Assembly (NCBI GenBank): GCA_038227875.1
Contig: JBBRPR010000070.1
Location: 1 to 42,116, forward strand
Source of the DNA: Planctomycetota bacterium
GTDB lineage: Bacteria; Planctomycetota; SZUA-567; H5-PLA8
DNA: 42,116 nucleotides
Direction of reading: 5' to 3'
The notes under the pieces were generated by a model. That model did no database searches. It had not been told where the DNA came from and saw only the letters and a program-made list of their open reading frames with translations. Position numbers and translations under genes: made by a program. Below, piece by piece: positions 39,569-42,116 of the stretch; position 1 is the first letter of the stretch, and each line of letters starts with the position of its first letter.

Positions 39569-41503
39569 CTATAAACCATTGGATGACTGCGATTTAAGCT
39601 CTGCGATGGCTTTCCTCAGTTGCACGACTTGCTGGTAGGCTTCTTCTGACCCCGCAGCGTCGCCATTGAGCTTCGCGTGGGCCAGTCGTCGATTGGCTTC
39701 GTCGTGTTTAATGTAGAGGCTAAACCTGCGGAGCGGCCGAATCACCATGTTCAGACGAACACCCGCATCTAATTTTACTCCTTGAGGCCTGCCTTCCGCC
39801 AGTGCAATGCAGAGCGATCGTGCAGATTCCAACACCTTTTCGTCATTTCCATCACTCTGCCCTACTCCCGCGCTGCCCCCAGCGTCCCGATATGTACTTG
39901 GGATGCGTGGGATCAATTCGCGTGCCACTGCACTGCCCGCCGCGCCATCGATCATCGCTGCGGGGTCCGGCGGCAGTACGCCATCGGCCATCGCCGCCAG
40001 AATACACCGGCCAACGACCGCTTCGGGCTTGCCCGTCAACGTCGCCAAGTCGATCTGCCCGACGGCCGCTTCCATCCACGCCGGTTCGTGAAACAAAAAG
40101 CTTAACAATTCCCGTTCCAGTTTCGCGCCTTCATGCTCCGGAGGCGGCAGCACGCCGGTTCCCGCGCCGCTCTCGTCCACCTGCGCTGGAGGGGCGGGCG
40201 GAGGCGCCGGGCGGGGCTCGTAACGCAGATCCCGCTCATTGATATTAAGACGCTTCAGAACCTCGTATCTATAGTTATTTTTCAAGATTGGGTTGGGAAT
40301 CAGCGAGATCAATTCCATTAGATCTTCCGCAGCTTTCTTAACGCCCATCGGTTGCAGCAAGTCATACTTTTTCTTCACCATTTCGAACTTGTAGTCGAAC
40401 AGATCCATCGACTCTTTCAGCGCCGCGTCGAAGGGTTCCTTGCCGTTGGCCAGCAGGAAGTCGCAGGGGTCCTTGTCCTTGCCCGGCAGTCGCGTCACGC
40501 GCGCCGGCATCTCCTCCTGAAAGATCACCGTCAGACTCCGTTCGCTGGCCTTCTCGCCGGCCGAATCCGAATCGGTCATCAGCAGCAGCGAGTCGGCGAC
40601 GCGGCGCAGCTGCCGGATGTGGTCGCTGGTGATCGCCGTGCCCAGACACGCGACGACATTGGTGATACCAAACTGGTGGCACATCATCACGTCCGTGTAG
40701 CCTTCGACCAGGATCGCCTCGCGCGTGGTGATCACCTGTTCGCGCGCGAAGTTCAGCGCGTAGACGGTCTTGGTCTTGCTGAACAGCGGCGTCTCACGCG
40801 TGTTCAGGTACTTCGGTTCGCCCTCTCCCAGGATGCGCCCGCCGAAGGCGATCACGCGGCCCTGGATGTCGGCGATCGGGAACATCAAGCGGTCATAGAA
40901 GAAATCGCGCGGCGGCCCGTCCTCCCGCTGCGACGCCAACCCCGCGGCGACGACTGCGTTCGACGGAGCCTTTAACGCGAGCAATCGCGAGAGCAGCGGC
41001 GATCCGCCCGCCGGCGCGTAGCCGATGCGGAACTGCTCGCACGTCTCGTCGCTTAAACCGCGCTTCTTGATGTACTCCCGCGCGTGCTTGCCCGCGTCGG
41101 TAAAGAGCTGCTCGCGGTAAAAACGCGCCGCTGCGTCGTTGAGCTTAAAGAGATAGCTCTTCCAATCCGTATCCTTCTTGTACTGCTTGGCCGCTTCTGG
41201 ATTGGCTTCGACGCGGATGCCCGCTCTGTCGGCCAGCAGTTGGAGCGCTTCGGGAAATTCGACGCGTTCGTAGAGCATCACGAACGTGAAGACGTCTCCT
41301 TTTTTGTTGCAGCCGAAGCAGTTGAAGTACTGCCCTTCCGGATTGATGTTGAACGAGGGCGTCTTTTCGTTGTGGAACGGGCAGCAGCACTTCAAATTCC
41401 GCCCGGCTCGGACGAGCTTGCCGACGGAGGCCTGGATGACATCGACGATGTTGTTGGCTTCGCGCACGCGCCGCTTGAGATCGTCGGAGAACATACTGGC
41501 CAT
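39569..41503 (-). CDS. dnaG: DNA primase
   Basis: CHC2 Zn finger CPFHNEKTPSF..CFGC, FGGR, KYLN, Toprim VEGYTDV and DSDSAG, KDP. Confidence 0.97.
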   Translation of the reverse strand: MASMFSDDLKRRVREANNIVDVIQASVGKLVRAGRNLKCCCPFHNEKTPSFNINPEGQYFNCFGCNKKGDVFTFVMLYERVEFPEALQLLADRAGIRVEANPEAAKQYKKDTDWKSYLFKLNDAAARFYREQLFTDAGKHAREYIKKRGLSDETCEQFRIGYAPAGGSPLLSRLLALKAPSNAVVAAGLASQREDGPPRDFFYDRLMFPIADIQGRVIAFGGRILGEGEPKYLNTRETPLFSKTKTVYALNFAREQVITTREAILVEGYTDVMMCHQFGITNVVACLGTAITSDHIRQLRRVADSLLLMTDSDSAGEKASERSLTVIFQEEMPARVTRLPGKDKDPCDFLLANGKEPFDAALKESMDLFDYKFEMVKKKYDLLQPMGVKKAAEDLMELISLIPNPILKNNYRYEVLKRLNINERDLRYEPRPAPPPAPPAQVDESGAGTGVLPPPEHEGAKLERELLSFLFHEPAWMEAAVGQIDLATLTGKPEAVVGRCILAAMADGVLPPDPAAMIDGAAGSAVARELIPRIPSTYRDAGGSAGVGQSDGNDEKVLESARSLCIALAEGRPQGVKLDAGVRLNMVIRPLRRFSLYIKHDEANRRLAHAKLNGDAAGSEEAYQQVVQLRKAIAELKSQSSNGL

Positions 41504-41593
41504 GGCGCTTAATTTCCGTGAACGGCTCGGTCCTGCTAGAGGATGTCTTCTGTACCCGCAGGTGTAGTGAATGCAAAAGAGAAATATTTTTTG

Positions 41594-41668
41594 TCTCGCG
41601 CAAAGACGCCTAGACGCAAAGAACGGCGGGTTTTTATTCTCACGCAAAGCCGCTAAGACGCAAAGAAC
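41594..41668. repeat. Two 31-bp direct repeats built from CGCAAAGA units
   Basis: tctcgcgcaaagacgcctagacgcaaagaac and tctcacgcaaagccgctaagacgcaaagaac (27/31 identical). Confidence 0.8.
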
Positions 41669-41848
41669 TGCAGGTGGGTGTTGAGTTCTCCTTGCTCGGC
41701 GATGTTTCAAAATGTTACCAAATGTTACATGGTTTGAGGGTCGATTATTCTGAGCGTGTGCGAATCGGCTTGAGCACAAATCACAGGCAAGGGTGCGGGT
41801 TGGACGTTGCGATTGCAAATTGGACTCGCGCTTTTCTTGCATGAGAAC

Positions 41849-42085
41849 CGCTGGAGTGTGCCACTTGTGGCTTGTCCACCAGTGCGAACTCGCGGACGAA
41901 GGTGGATGGTTCGTGAGGGGTTGAGATCGTCTGAGACCTGGAAGGACGACTGTGGCGGCGTGGGAATCGGGCGCCCTATCATGCCGCGGGTTGTTCGCGG
42001 TCTGGACGCATCGAACGGGCGAGCTTGGTTCGCGAGTGCGGGCACTGGTGGCTTAACGGCTAGCCACCAGTGGCACACTCCGGCG
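41849..42085. repeat. Inverted pair of REP-like palindromes (REPIN-like doublet)
   Basis: 41849-41885 (GGAGTGTGCCACTTGTGGCTTGTCCACCAGTGC) mirrors 42042-42085 (GCACTGGTGGC..GCCACCAGTGGCACACTCC). Confidence 0.75.
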
Positions 42086-42116
42086 CTCTTTTTGCAAGAC
42101 GGGCGTGACGGTCCAA

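Noticed and set aside
41809..41830. Degenerate AAATTT-centred palindrome upstream of dnaG
   Set aside because: Two mismatches in short arms; too weak to link to the 16.4-kb array.
41504..41842. 113-aa N-terminal extension of DnaG
   Set aside because: Runs through intergenic repeats; primase similarity begins at MASMFS.

Overview
GC-rich bacterial chromosome segment. Planctomycetota/PVC-like affinity is inferred from the planctomycete-type cytochrome c domain, heptamer and REP repeats and giant Ig/PKD exoproteins; it is not verified. Positions 1-3290 are the end of a lower-GC integrated element: an IS3-family left end, a ParB-like CTPase/HTH gene, a parS-like palindrome, a small coupled ORF and a large serine recombinase whose stop codon lies inside the 3' end of tRNA-Glu(CTC). 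An accessory stretch follows. It holds three giant secreted proteins (choice-of-anchor Q/PKD; kelch/Ig; invasin-Ig with an embedded c-type cytochrome) that all end in a related, unassigned ~150-aa C-terminal domain. It also holds a 2-hydroxyacid dehydrogenase, an ABM protein, an S1/P1 nuclease, PTS EIIA, a split heavy-metal RND system, msrA, a TBDR-YfiR-hybrid kinase module and a WGR-domain DNA ligase. The right end is core genome (mreB, trpG/pabA, tilS, rpoD, dnaG). Intergenic spaces hold several repeat systems, including three evenly spaced perfect AAATTT-centred palindromes bracketed by inverted repeats. All calls come from reading motifs by eye; no searches were run.
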